Numbered from the stretch's first letter, positions 1 through 8,508 are shown. The stretch: 64,000 bases of DNA from an uncultured Gemmatimonadales bacterium (GCA_963851265.1 CAWKNZ010000002.1:1664001-1728000); one strand, 5' to 3'. Notes: generated by a model from the letters alone, not told the origin. A program made the numbers and translations.

Positions 1-408
1 CGCGAGGTGCAGCGCCACCCGGTCGACCGATCGCTCGTCCACGTCGACTTTCAGGAACTCGTCGCGGGCGAGCGCGTGACGGTTCGCGTCCCGCTGGTCT
101 TCATCGGCACCCCCGAAGGCGTGCGCTCCGAGGGCGGCCTGCTCGAGGAGCAGCTGCGCGACATCGAAGTCTCGGCCGACCCGTCGAGCATCCCCGACCA
201 CATCGACGTCGACGTGAGCGGCCTCACGCTGGGCCACCCCCTGCACGTGCGTGACCTCACGCTGCCGACAGGGATCACGGTGATCACCGAGGCCGATGCC
301 ACGGTCGTGATGGTCACGGCGGCGCGCGTCGAGGAGCCCGATCCCGCCGCGGCGGCGGACGCGGCCGGCGCCCCCGAGGTGCTGCGGGCCAAGAAGGCCG
401 ACGAGTAA
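1..408 (+). CDS. rplY: 50S ribosomal protein L25/Ctc (5' truncated by window edge)
   Basis: QRHPV..HVDF, VPLVFIG.PEGV..EGG, IPDHIDVDVSGL.LG..LHVRDL motifs; upstream of pth. Confidence 0.95.
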   Translation, partial: REVQRHPVDRSLVHVDFQELVAGERVTVRVPLVFIGTPEGVRSEGGLLEEQLRDIEVSADPSSIPDHIDVDVSGLTLGHPLHVRDLTLPTGITVITEADATVVMVTAARVEEPDPAAAADAAGAPEVLRAKKADE

Positions 409-423
409 GCCGAGTCTCGCGGC

Positions 424-1008
424 TTGAAGGTCATCCTCGGCCTCGGCAACCCCGGCGAGGAGTACCGCGAGACGCGACACAACGTCGGCTGGGTGGTGCT
501 CGACCACCTGGCCGACGTTTGGCGTTTCGACGCGTGGCGCCGGGACGGCGACAGCCTCGTCACGTCGGGGCTCGTGGGCACGACCAAGGTGCGGCTGCTC
601 AAGCCGCAGACGTACTACAACGCGAGTGGGCACGCGCTCACGCCCTTCCTCCGCCGTCCGTTCTGGGCGCCGCAGACGGACCTGCTCGTGGCCTGCGACG
701 ACGTCGCGATCCCGGTCGGCACGTACCGGCTGCGCCCGCAGGGGAGCGCCGGCGGCAGCAACGGGCTCAAGTCGATCGAGCGTACGTTAGGCCACCAGCA
801 CTACCCGCGCCTCCGCGTCGGCACCAAACCGGCCGACGAGCGGCGGGAAGTCGGCAACCTCGTCGACTTCGTACTCTCGCCGTTCGACGCGATCGAGCGA
901 AAGGAGATCGCGGACCTCATGCCGCGCCTCACCGACGCGGTCGAGCTGTGGCTGCGCGACGGGATCGTCGCGGCGATGAACAAGCACAACGGTAAACAGT
1001 CGGCCTGA
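424..1008 (+). CDS. pth: Peptidyl-tRNA hydrolase
   Basis: GLGNPG.EY..TRHNVG, KPQTYYNASG, DD, GSAGG.NGLKSI motifs. Confidence 0.97.
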   Translation: MKVILGLGNPGEEYRETRHNVGWVVLDHLADVWRFDAWRRDGDSLVTSGLVGTTKVRLLKPQTYYNASGHALTPFLRRPFWAPQTDLLVACDDVAIPVGTYRLRPQGSAGGSNGLKSIERTLGHQHYPRLRVGTKPADERREVGNLVDFVLSPFDAIERKEIADLMPRLTDAVELWLRDGIVAAMNKHNGKQSA

Positions 1009-1031
1009 CGCCGGCCTCACGCAAGGACAGC

Positions 1032-2132
1032 ATGCTCCGCATCGGCATCGTCGGCCTGCCCAACGTGGGCAAGTCCACGCTCTTCAACGCGCTCACCTCG
1101 GCCGGCGTCCTCGCCGCCAACTACCCGTTCGCGACCAAGGACCCGAACGTCGGCCGGGTGAACGTCCCCGACCGCCGCCTCGACGTCCTGGCCGGCGTGG
1201 TCTCGCCGCAGCGCACCGTGCCGGCCGCGGTCGAGTTCGTCGATATCGCGGGGCTCGTGAAGGGCGCGTCGCAGGGCGAGGGGCTCGGCAACCAGTTCCT
1301 CGCCAACATCCGCGAGACCGACGCGATCGTGCACGTCGTGCGCTGCTTTGACGACGACGACGTGCTGCACGTGATGGGCTCGGTCGACCCCGCGCGCGAC
1401 CGCGAGACGATCGAATTCGAGCTCGCGCTCGCGGACCTGAGCGTCGTCGAGAAGCGGCTCGACCGCGCGCGCCGTGCGGCCAAGACCGGCGACAAGGACG
1501 CGCAGACCGAGGCGGGCGCCCTGGACCGGGCGCACGCATACCTGAAGGACGGCCGCGCGCTCTTCGAGGCGCACCTCGGCGCCGACGACCTCGCGCTGCT
1601 GCAGCCCCTCTCGCTGCTGACGACGAAGCCGATCCTGTACGCGGCCAACGTGACCGACGCGGAGTTGACGGGCGACGAGGGGCCGCACCTCACGGCGCTG
1701 CGGGCCGCCGTCGCGGCCGGCGGCGAGGTGGCCGAGGTGGTGCCATTCTCGGCGAAGATCGAGAGTGAACTGGCCGAGCTGCCCGAGGCGGACCGTGGCG
1801 AGTTCCTCGCGTCGTTAGGCCTGGAGAGCGCGGGGCTCGACCGCCTGATTCAGGCGGGGTACCGGCTGCTCGGGCTGCAGACGTACTTCACGGCGGGCGA
1901 GCAGGAGGTGCGCGCGTGGACCATCCACCGCGGCGACACCGCGCCGAAGGCGGCGGGCGTGATTCACACCGATTTCGAGCGCGGGTTCATCAAGGCCGAC
2001 ACGGTCGCGTACGGAGAGTTCGTGGCCAACGCCGGGTGGAAGGGAGCGCGGGAGAAGGGCGTGGTGCGGAGCGAGGGGAAGGAGTACGTCGTGCAGGACG
2101 GGGACGTGATGCTGTTCAAGTTCAACGTGTGA
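1032..2132 (+). CDS. ychF: Redox-regulated ATPase YchF
   Basis: GIVGLPNVGKSTLFNALT, DIAGLVKGASQGEGLGNQFL, IHTDFERGFIKA, EGKEYVVQDGD. Confidence 0.98.
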   Translation: MLRIGIVGLPNVGKSTLFNALTSAGVLAANYPFATKDPNVGRVNVPDRRLDVLAGVVSPQRTVPAAVEFVDIAGLVKGASQGEGLGNQFLANIRETDAIVHVVRCFDDDDVLHVMGSVDPARDRETIEFELALADLSVVEKRLDRARRAAKTGDKDAQTEAGALDRAHAYLKDGRALFEAHLGADDLALLQPLSLLTTKPILYAANVTDAELTGDEGPHLTALRAAVAAGGEVAEVVPFSAKIESELAELPEADRGEFLASLGLESAGLDRLIQAGYRLLGLQTYFTAGEQEVRAWTIHRGDTAPKAAGVIHTDFERGFIKADTVAYGEFVANAGWKGAREKGVVRSEGKEYVVQDGDVMLFKFNV

Positions 2133-2249
2133 GCCCCTGCCCTACCCGGCAGCGGGTGCCGCGCTGCAAGGCGCACGGCCACGGATTGCCGGGGAGCGGG
2201 TGAGAAAGTGCCTTGGATAGCCGGTGTCGCGGACACGAATTGGACACAG

Positions 2250-2567
2250 TCAGCCACGCCGGGATCGCGCCAGTGCCGTAGCCTGGGCCGCCGCGACCAG
2301 GTCCCGCGCCCGGGTCACCACGTCGTGCGCGGTCGCGACGAGGATCCCGCTTCGGACCTGAGCGGCGCGCATCGCCGCCGCGGCAGCCAGCACGGAAGGC
2401 GCGGGGCGGGCGCGGGGCGGGCGCGGGGCGGGCGCGGGGCGGGCGCGGGGCGGGCGCGGGGCGGGCGCGGGGCGGGCGCGGGGCGGGCGCGGGGCGGGCG
2501 CGGGGCGGGCGCGGGGCGGGCGCGGGGCGGGCGCGGGGCGGGCGCGGGGTTCGTCAGCGTCGGACAT
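2250..2567 (-). CDS. Small hypothetical protein A (contains the 11-bp VNTR; paralog of 2603-2829)
   Basis: C-terminal segment LAAAAAMRAAQVRSGILVATAHDVVTRARDL aligns 19/31 with the neighbouring ORF. Confidence 0.5.
   Translation of the reverse strand: MSDADEPRARPAPAPRPPRARPAPAPRPPRARPAPAPRPPRARPAPAPRPPRARPAPSVLAAAAAMRAAQVRSGILVATAHDVVTRARDLVAAAQATALARSRRG
2398..2549. repeat. Perfect 11-bp tandem repeat (GCGCGGGGCGG) x ~13.7
   Basis: Read directly from sequence. Confidence 0.95.
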
Positions 2568-2602
2568 GCCGTGTGGCGCCGTATAAACCGTGCCCGGGCG
2601 CG

Positions 2603-2829
2603 TTAGCCGCGCACCCGGCCCGCGCCCAAGGTGTCGTGCTGCCGCCTGGGGACACGTGGCCCGGACGCGGGCCAGGACGTCTCGCGCAGCTCTCGCGACC
2701 GCGCCACGACGTCGCGCGCATCGGCAACGATGATCGCACTGCGGGCTCGCGCGGCGGACGCCGCGGCGGTCGCCGCAAGCCCGAGCTGCGACGTCGCGCG
2801 CAGGTCGGGGGCAGGTCGGGGGCAGGCAT
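2603..2829 (-). pseudogene. Small hypothetical protein B, frameshifted by an 11-bp duplication
   Basis: ATG at 2829; CAGGTCGGGGG x2 at 2801-2822; removing one copy gives MPAPDLRATSQLGLAATAAASAARARSAIIVADARDVVARSREL..., 71 aa. Confidence 0.5.
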
Positions 2830-2945
2830 AAACGTTGGTACGGAACGATTCGTGCCGCGGCGATCCCGGGAGGCGGCCTGCTCGGTGAGCGACGCCGCGA
2901 CTACGGTGCGGAATGCCCCGCCGCGTGGTCGCGGCGGTCACCGGC

Positions 2946-3086
2946 ATGCGCCGCCCCACGCCGGATGATGTCGCCGAGCTCGCCGCCCTCGCCGAACGGC
3001 TCGGCCGCCCACTGAATGACGCCGCGCGGGCGTTCCTCGCCGCCGAGCAGCGTGCGTTCGGCATCGGATACGACGGCCGGCTCTGA
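2946..3086 (+). CDS. 46-aa hypothetical protein
   Basis: MRRPTPDDVAELAALAERLGRPLNDAARAFLAAEQRAFGIGYDGRL*; GC3-rich codons, protein-like composition; below the ORF-track cutoff. Confidence 0.4.
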   Translation: MRRPTPDDVAELAALAERLGRPLNDAARAFLAAEQRAFGIGYDGRL

Positions 3087-3353
3087 CTGAACGAGACGAC
3101 GGCGGTCACGACGTACGAGCGCACGCAATTGCACGCGGCGCTCCGGCACGCGGAGCGCGTCCCGCGGGCGCCCGCCGAGGTGCCGGGCCGCTTGACGGGG
3201 TGCCTCCTCCCGCGGCTCCCGGGGGTAAGTCGACCGGGACGCCGGCCGCGCGGCCGACGACGCGACCGTATCCATACAACGCCGTTGTACAGCGCGGCCG
3301 CTCACGCGCGCATCAACCGGAGGCGTCGACGACTACTCAACGGCTGGACCATC

Positions 3354-3635
3354 TTACGCCGATGTACACCGGGTGGAGGCACTCGACAAACTCGCCGTGC
3401 TGGTCTCCGTGGCTGGCAGGAAGCCCATCGCGGCAGGGTGAAGAGAGTCCACCCACGGTCCCGATATCGATCTTGGGGCATCCACGCGCGATTTCGTGGC
3501 GTTCTCAGGGGTGCCCTTCTCCGCGTCGGTTACCGCGTCGTGGCTCTCTCGCGGCGGTTCCAGGAAGAGGAACCACGGGACCACCACGAGGAGAGCGGCA
3601 AGGCACACGTACAGGTCGACCAGACGGCGGGGCAT
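3354..3635 (-). CDS. Hypothetical small membrane-anchored protein (possibly a remnant)
   Basis: N-terminal hydrophobic stretch LYVCLAALLVVVPWFLFL. Confidence 0.3.
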   Translation of the reverse strand: MPRRLVDLYVCLAALLVVVPWFLFLEPPRESHDAVTDAEKGTPENATKSRVDAPRSISGPWVDSLHPAAMGFLPATETSTASLSSASTRCTSA

Positions 3636-3819
3636 GGGCGGGGCTCGACGGGGAGGGAGGGCTACCGGTGTGCCGCACTAGCGCAAGCCGGCGGCCCGCC
3701 GTCGCCGCGCTGCGCCCCGGGTCCGTAACCACCGATCGGAGCACGACTTCCGGCGTGGGATCGTGAACGGCGCAGCCGAGACCGCGCGGGCGCGCGGGGC
3801 GCGGACGCTACAGGCGCGA

Positions 3820-4150
3820 GCGCACGGTGAGGTCGCGAGTCCACACGTCATCGGCAGCGGCGGCGCCCCGTACACGCCGGCGCCTGGCAGAGTCCACCCA
3901 CACGCGTCCGCGCGTAGCAGCGGGGCGCCTCGCGGGCGCGCTGCGGGGCCACCGCACGTTGGGCGGGTGCCTGCGCTACGGCGCACGCGTGGCGCGCAAT
4001 CAGCGCGGCCACGATCAGTCGCGCTCCCATCCGATCCGGGTGCATGCGGTCACGCTGCTCGAGGAACACGCGGTGCAGTCGCACGGCGCGCATCACGCGC
4101 TGAGCGACGATCTCCGTCCGCTGCGCGCGGATCACCGCGCGTTCCAGCAA
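3820..4150 (-). pseudogene. Degenerate HGGxSTG-domain (phage-type) protein
   Basis: CYARTRVGGLCQAPACTGRRRCR then stop; the shifted frame continues MTCGLATSP, resembling CxAxTRxGxxCQAPAxxxGRCRMHGGLSTGP; boundaries approximate. Confidence 0.45.
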
Positions 4151-4160
4151 TAATCCTTGC

Positions 4161-4620
4161 GTGCCTACAGCCTTGGCGGTCCGCTTCGCCCACGGGGCGC
4201 CGGTCGCGGCGGACGGCGCGCGCCTCACACGCGTGCGAGCGGCCACCCGGCTCGTGTGCGCGGCGTCCGTGATCGTGGTCGCGATCGCGGACGCGTGCGG
4301 AACCTCCGACGCGGTCGCGCCGGCGCCGGCGTCCGTGGCCGGCAGCTACAAGCGCCGGACGATCAACGGCCACGCGCTCCCGGTGCCGCTGCCGCGGCTC
4401 GGGACCGGCCCGTCCGCGACGGTCATGGCCGACTCGCTCGTGCGCAGGCCCGACACGTCCTACACGCGCGTGATAACGGTTCGCGCCACAGACGGAGCTC
4501 GTATCGGTTCGGCACGAACGGTCGGTGGCAGCTGCACGGCGATTCCGTCACCGTGGGGACGCTGTTGACATCGAACGGGGCGTTGGCAGGACCTGGAGCG
4601 ACCCCAGGGACGTATGCTGC
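4161..4620 (+). pseudogene. Frameshifted lipoprotein remnant (beta-rich)
   Basis: Lipobox-like ADACG, SVAGSYKRRTINGHALP; shift near 4495 continues SSYRFGTNGRWQLHGDSVTV; boundaries approximate. Confidence 0.45.
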
Positions 4621-5090
4621 TGGGCGGCGAGCACCACGACATGCGCTCAGTCGTCCCTTCCGCGGACATTGCTGGCAGCAACATCGTTGTTCACTACGCG
4701 ATCCTGAATCGAGGTACGCGTACGGAGGTGGTCAGCGACGCCAACCTCGTCTTCCGAACTCTGCCGCCTTACGGTGAGACGTTTCGGGCGACGGCGAAAG
4801 TGAGCCGCCTCTCCGTACAGCCTGACGCTGACGCCGGAGGCGGCGCGACGGCCGAACTGTTCTTCGTGTCCGCCGCGCCGGCCGCGTTTCTCGCGAATGA
4901 GCGAGTGCGGGGCGTTGATGCACTGCTGCAACTCGCCGCGACACCGCGGACGAACGCCCGCGAGGTTACACCTACGGAGTTGCGGGTCGCGCACATCGAC
5001 TTCCAGAGCGGCACGCCGAAGTCGGAGTTTGGATACGCGTTGTTCGGCAACGACTTAGCGTACACTCGCACGTTCAAGCTCAACGTGTGA
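4614..5090 (+). CDS. Hypothetical protein or fragment whose stop lies in attR
   Basis: 158-aa ORF with less biased codons; ends ...TFKLNV*, mirroring the ychF end LFKFNV*. Confidence 0.45.
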   Translation: MLLGGEHHDMRSVVPSADIAGSNIVVHYAILNRGTRTEVVSDANLVFRTLPPYGETFRATAKVSRLSVQPDADAGGGATAELFFVSAAPAAFLANERVRGVDALLQLAATPRTNAREVTPTELRVAHIDFQSGTPKSEFGYALFGNDLAYTRTFKLNV

Positions 5091-5206
5091 GCCGCGACGC
5101 GCGGACGCGGCCGTTACATCGAGCGACCTCCCCGCGTCGTGCTGATGCCCAGAATCCACGCGCCGAAGTCTGTGCCGCCGCGTCTTTCGCCCCGTCGAAC
5201 GTCCCG

Positions 5207-5413
5207 ATGCGATTTCCTCTCCGTCTGCCGCTCGTCCGCACCGTCCGCCGTCGCGTCGCGTCGTTCGCGCGCGACGAAGCCGGCGCGACCATGGCCGAGT
5301 ACACGCTTCTGGTCGCCGTGATCGCGCTCGTCGCGATCGCAGGCGCGAAGACGCTCGGGACCAATCTCTCGGCCAAGTACTCGAGCGAAGGGGCGCGCGT
5401 CGCCACTCCGTAG
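5207..5413 (+). CDS. Flp family type IVb pilin
   Basis: FARDEAGATMAEYTLLVAVIALVAIAG Flp prepilin motif. Confidence 0.85.
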   Translation: MRFPLRLPLVRTVRRRVASFARDEAGATMAEYTLLVAVIALVAIAGAKTLGTNLSAKYSSEGARVATP

Positions 5414-5486
5414 CGGCCGGTCGCGCCGGCCGCGTGCGGGGGCGCAGGTCCGGCAACGTCGTCGCGGCGTGACGTGCTCACGTCAG

Positions 5487-6014
5487 TCACGACGGTCCGT
5501 GCCGCCCGCCGCGTTGCACGGGCCGAGGATCCCAGCGTCGCGTTTCGAGCGCGGCCGGATCGGCGACCACGTCCGCACCGTCGAACCACTCCGCCGCGTC
5601 TTCCGGCACGCGCACCAAGTCGACCGGAGCGCGCCGCGTCACGCCGGCCAGCGCGTCGTCGACGAGTGCCGCGAAGTGGTGGAGGCTGACGTTCCATTTC
5701 GAGAACACGAAGTGCGTGTCCGGGTAGTCGCGCAGCAAGCGGCCTAACTTCTCGCGCGACGTCACGCCGCACTCGCCCCAGAACGTCACGCCGCGGCCCG
5801 TGTCGTCGAGCGCGTAGAGGTCCGGCTTGAACCGGCTCGGGAAGGGCAGCGCCTGCTCCACGCGCAGTTCCGGGTAGCGCGGCAGGTAGAGCGTCCAGAG
5901 CAGCGCCTTCTGGACCACGTGCTCCCCGCTCTCTTCCGGGCGCTTGACGAGCACGAGCGTGCGCCCGCGCGCGCGAACCGTCAGCTTGCGGCGGAGGCGG
6001 TCGGCGGGCGGCAT
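5487..6014 (-). CDS. YaeQ-like protein (PD-(D/E)XK-like fold)
   Basis: KRPEES.EH...KALL, KPDL...D...FWGECG....KL pattern. Confidence 0.65.
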   Translation of the reverse strand: MPPADRLRRKLTVRARGRTLVLVKRPEESGEHVVQKALLWTLYLPRYPELRVEQALPFPSRFKPDLYALDDTGRGVTFWGECGVTSREKLGRLLRDYPDTHFVFSKWNVSLHHFAALVDDALAGVTRRAPVDLVRVPEDAAEWFDGADVVADPAALETRRWDPRPVQRGGRHGPS

Positions 6015-6074
6015 GCCCGGCGCGCGTTGCAGCCGGCGTGCCCGTCGGCGGCTGCGACGCCGCCCTGCCACTCG

Positions 6075-7244
6075 CTACGCCATGCGGTGCGGAACGAACC
6101 GGCTCGTGTTCGTGGTGATCGGGCCGTCGGCCTCGCGGATCCCGACGCCTGCCGCCTCGCCGTGGACGACCCATGAGCCGAACACCGGGGTTCGACCATC
6201 GAACCGCGGCAGCGGCGCGATCGCCTGGTAGACGTAGCCTTCCGCACCGTACGCCCCGCCCGACCGCGCGATCTCGTCGCCGAACATCACGAGCGACACG
6301 TTCGCCCCCTCGCGCGAGAGCAGCGGCTTGCGCACGTACGCGTCCAGGAGCGCCTCGTCGAAGTAGGCGGGCAGCAGGTTGGGGTGGTCCGGGAACAGCT
6401 CCCACAGAATCGGCAGGATGCCCTTGTTGCTCAGGACGAGCTTCCAGGGGGGTTCGATCCAGCGCGTCCCATCGGCGGACGCGACGAGGTGGGCGCCGAA
6501 CGTCTCGCGCACCATCCACTCCCACGGGTACAGTTTGAACGCCGTTTCGATGGGCCCGTCGTCGCCGTCGACGAACTGCCCCCGCGCGGCGTCCCAGCCG
6601 ATCTCGGACACGAGTAGCTCGCGCGTCGCGACTCCGGCCTGCTCGGCCGTGTCGCGCAGGTACGCGACCGTTGCCGCGTCCTCGACGTCGTCGGCCGAGG
6701 CGAAGTGTACGGGGCCGCCCGCGCCGACGTTAGGCAGCCGCGGCGCGGCGAGGACGCGCGGCCAGGCGGCGACGAGGCGCTCGTGGATCGAGTTGAACTG
6801 GTCGCCCGACGGATCGACGTCCTGCAGCCAGTACCACTGTGCGACCGACGCCTCGACGAGCGCGGTCGGCGTGTCCGCGTTGTACTCGAGCAGGCGCGGA
6901 GGGGAGCGCCCGTCGTACGCGAGATCGAAGCGTCCGTAGAGGGTGGGCTCGGGCACGCCGGCCGCGCCGGCTCGCCAGCTCCGCTCCACGAGGGGCGCGG
7001 CCGCAGGCGGGATCGCCAGCTCCGCCCACCGCCGTTCGGCGATCACGTGGCTGACGGCCGCGAGGCAGAGGCGGTGCAGTTCGTTCGTCGCCGTCTCGAG
7101 CACGTCGACTTCAGCCGGATCGAGCACGTACGACGCGCGCTCGTCCCAGTACGGCTCGCCGTCGGCGCCCGTGTGGTGCGGCAAGCCGACCGACGCCACG
7201 CGCGCCTGCCAGTCCGCGCGCGGGGCGTGCGTTAGGCGCCGCAC
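6075..7244 (-). CDS. Glutathionylspermidine synthase family ATP-grasp ligase (YgiC-like)
   Basis: YWDE, LYGRFDLAYDG, LLEYNADTPT.L.EA, FKLYPWEW, EPPWK..LSNKGIL, SREGANV, SRFVPH; GTG start inferred. Confidence 0.93.
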   Translation of the reverse strand: MRRLTHAPRADWQARVASVGLPHHTGADGEPYWDERASYVLDPAEVDVLETATNELHRLCLAAVSHVIAERRWAELAIPPAAAPLVERSWRAGAAGVPEPTLYGRFDLAYDGRSPPRLLEYNADTPTALVEASVAQWYWLQDVDPSGDQFNSIHERLVAAWPRVLAAPRLPNVGAGGPVHFASADDVEDAATVAYLRDTAEQAGVATRELLVSEIGWDAARGQFVDGDDGPIETAFKLYPWEWMVRETFGAHLVASADGTRWIEPPWKLVLSNKGILPILWELFPDHPNLLPAYFDEALLDAYVRKPLLSREGANVSLVMFGDEIARSGGAYGAEGYVYQAIAPLPRFDGRTPVFGSWVVHGEAAGVGIREADGPITTNTSRFVPHRMA

Positions 7245-7314
7245 GCGGTGCGTCCCACCGCGAGGTGCGCCCTCACCACATGCGCCGCCGCGCGGCGGAT
7301 CACCCTCGGGCGCG

Positions 7315-7869
7315 TCACCCGCCGGACCCGTGCGCCGCGCCGGTCGCGCCGAAGCCGCCGCGGCTGATCCCGCTGCGTGCCGCGCTCCCCGGCGACCCCG
7401 CGCCGCGCCCGAAAAACGCGCGCGCCCGCGCGCCGAGCGACGTGTACCCCGCCGGCGACCGGTACGACGTCCCGGCGTGCGGCTCGAAGCTGCCGGCGCT
7501 CGCCAGGCCGCTCGCGACTCGCCCGCCGTAGTACCAGAGAAACGGCGCGCCGTATCCGGAACCGTAGCCCGGCCCGTAGCCGCGCCTATCGCCGGACGTC
7601 GCGACGCCGCCGTGAGACGCGCCCGCGTCGCTCGACGCGCCGAATTCACCCGACGAGCCCGGGGCGCCGAACGCGCCGGTCCGCCCGCCGTTCGTCGCGG
7701 CCCGGGCGCGGTCGCAGAGCGAGTCGGCAACGACGCGGTTGGTGCCGCGTTGCACGCAATGCAGCGCGTCGGCCGGAGCGTCTGCCCGGCTGCACGCGGC
7801 CGCGCCACCGACCGTGGCCGACGACGCCGAGGCGACGAGGGTGAGGCGTACCGCCTGCGAACGCTTCAT
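7315..7869 (-). CDS. YgiB/DUF1190-like Gly-rich lipoprotein
   Basis: MKRS..VRL signal with AAAC, Cys pair, C-terminal ISRGGFG; upstream of the YgiC-like gene. Confidence 0.75.
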   Translation of the reverse strand: MKRSQAVRLTLVASASSATVGGAAACSRADAPADALHCVQRGTNRVVADSLCDRARAATNGGRTGAFGAPGSSGEFGASSDAGASHGGVATSGDRRGYGPGYGSGYGAPFLWYYGGRVASGLASAGSFEPHAGTSYRSPAGYTSLGARARAFFGRGAGSPGSAARSGISRGGFGATGAAHGSGG

Positions 7870-7937
7870 CGCGCCAACGCTACGCCGCGCGCGCGGTTCG
7901 CACCAGACCGCCCGTGGCGCGCTCGCACCCCGGCCAA

Positions 7938-7966
7938 TTGCCGTAACCCTCGGCCAGTATTAGCTT
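7938..7966 (+). promoter_or_regulatory. Putative sigma70 promoter of the rpsF operon
   Basis: TTGCCG-N17-TAGCTT in an AT-richer intergenic patch. Confidence 0.5.
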
Positions 7967-8009
7967 TGCGCCCTCTTCGTGACGCGCGCACCGACGCGCG
8001 CCTTTTCGA

Positions 8010-8120
8010 AGTCCCCCTTCTTCCGCGCCGGCAACCCGCGGAGGACGGCGTTTCTCCGGTCCGCCCGCGCCCGCGCGCCCTGCACGGGATGCGTACGGCG
8101 GACCCCGACCAAAGGGAGGG
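8010..8120 (+). promoter_or_regulatory. Possible S6:S18-type autoregulatory leader
   Basis: Pyrimidine tract TCCCCCTT (~8012) could pair with the SD region AAAGGGAGGG (8111-8120); such leaders are known upstream of rpsF; fold not computed. Confidence 0.3.
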
Positions 8121-8130
8121 TTTGCCAACC

Positions 8131-8505
8131 GTGCCCACCAAGGCCACGCGTACGTACGAGGCGGTCTACATCTTCGACTCTGCGCTCGAAGACACCGCCA
8201 TCAACGAGAAGCTCGACCGCTTTCACGGCCTGCTGAGCGCCGCCGGCGACATCAGTGTCGAGCACTGGGGCCGCCGCCAGCTGGCCTACGCCATCAAGAA
8301 GCGCGAGAACGGCTACTACGCCATCGCCCGTTTCGACCTGGCGAACGTGAACGTGCTGCCCGAGTTCGAGCGCGCGCTCAAGCTCGACGATGGCGTCCTC
8401 CGCTACCTCATCTCGCTCCACGAGCGGGAGCTCGGCGCCCCGCCGATGTCCGAGGAAGAGATGGCGCGCCGGAAGGCCAACGAAGACGACGACGACGAGG
8501 AGTAG
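8131..8505 (+). CDS. rpsF: 30S ribosomal protein S6
   Basis: RTYEAVYIF, WGRRQLAYAIKK..NGYY, VLRYL, acidic tail; GTG start after SD. Confidence 0.96.
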   Translation: MPTKATRTYEAVYIFDSALEDTAINEKLDRFHGLLSAAGDISVEHWGRRQLAYAIKKRENGYYAIARFDLANVNVLPEFERALKLDDGVLRYLISLHERELGAPPMSEEEMARRKANEDDDDEE

Positions 8506-8508
8506 AGC

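Larger units (their letters stand above)
2114..5093. mobile_element. Decayed integrative element/islet inserted in the ychF 3' end (attL 2114-2135, attR 5072-5093); no integrase seen
   Basis: GTTCAAGTTCAACGTGTGAGCC (2114-2135, includes ychF stop) vs GTTCAAGCTCAACGTGTGAGCC (5072-5093), 21/22 identical; interior has only short or broken ORFs. Confidence 0.75.

Noticed and set aside
2398..2549. Repeat as a CRISPR array
   Set aside because: Contiguous 11-bp units with no spacers and no cas genes
5470..5485. Palindrome TGACGTG-CT-CACGTCA as an operator or CRP site
   Set aside because: Lies between convergent gene ends and GTGA/TCAC spacing is 5 rather than 6; more likely part of a terminator hairpin
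6943..8130. Apparent 400-aa N-terminal extension of S6
   Set aside because: Antisense shadow of the ygiB/ygiC-like genes; a strong SD and GTG at 8131 mark the real start
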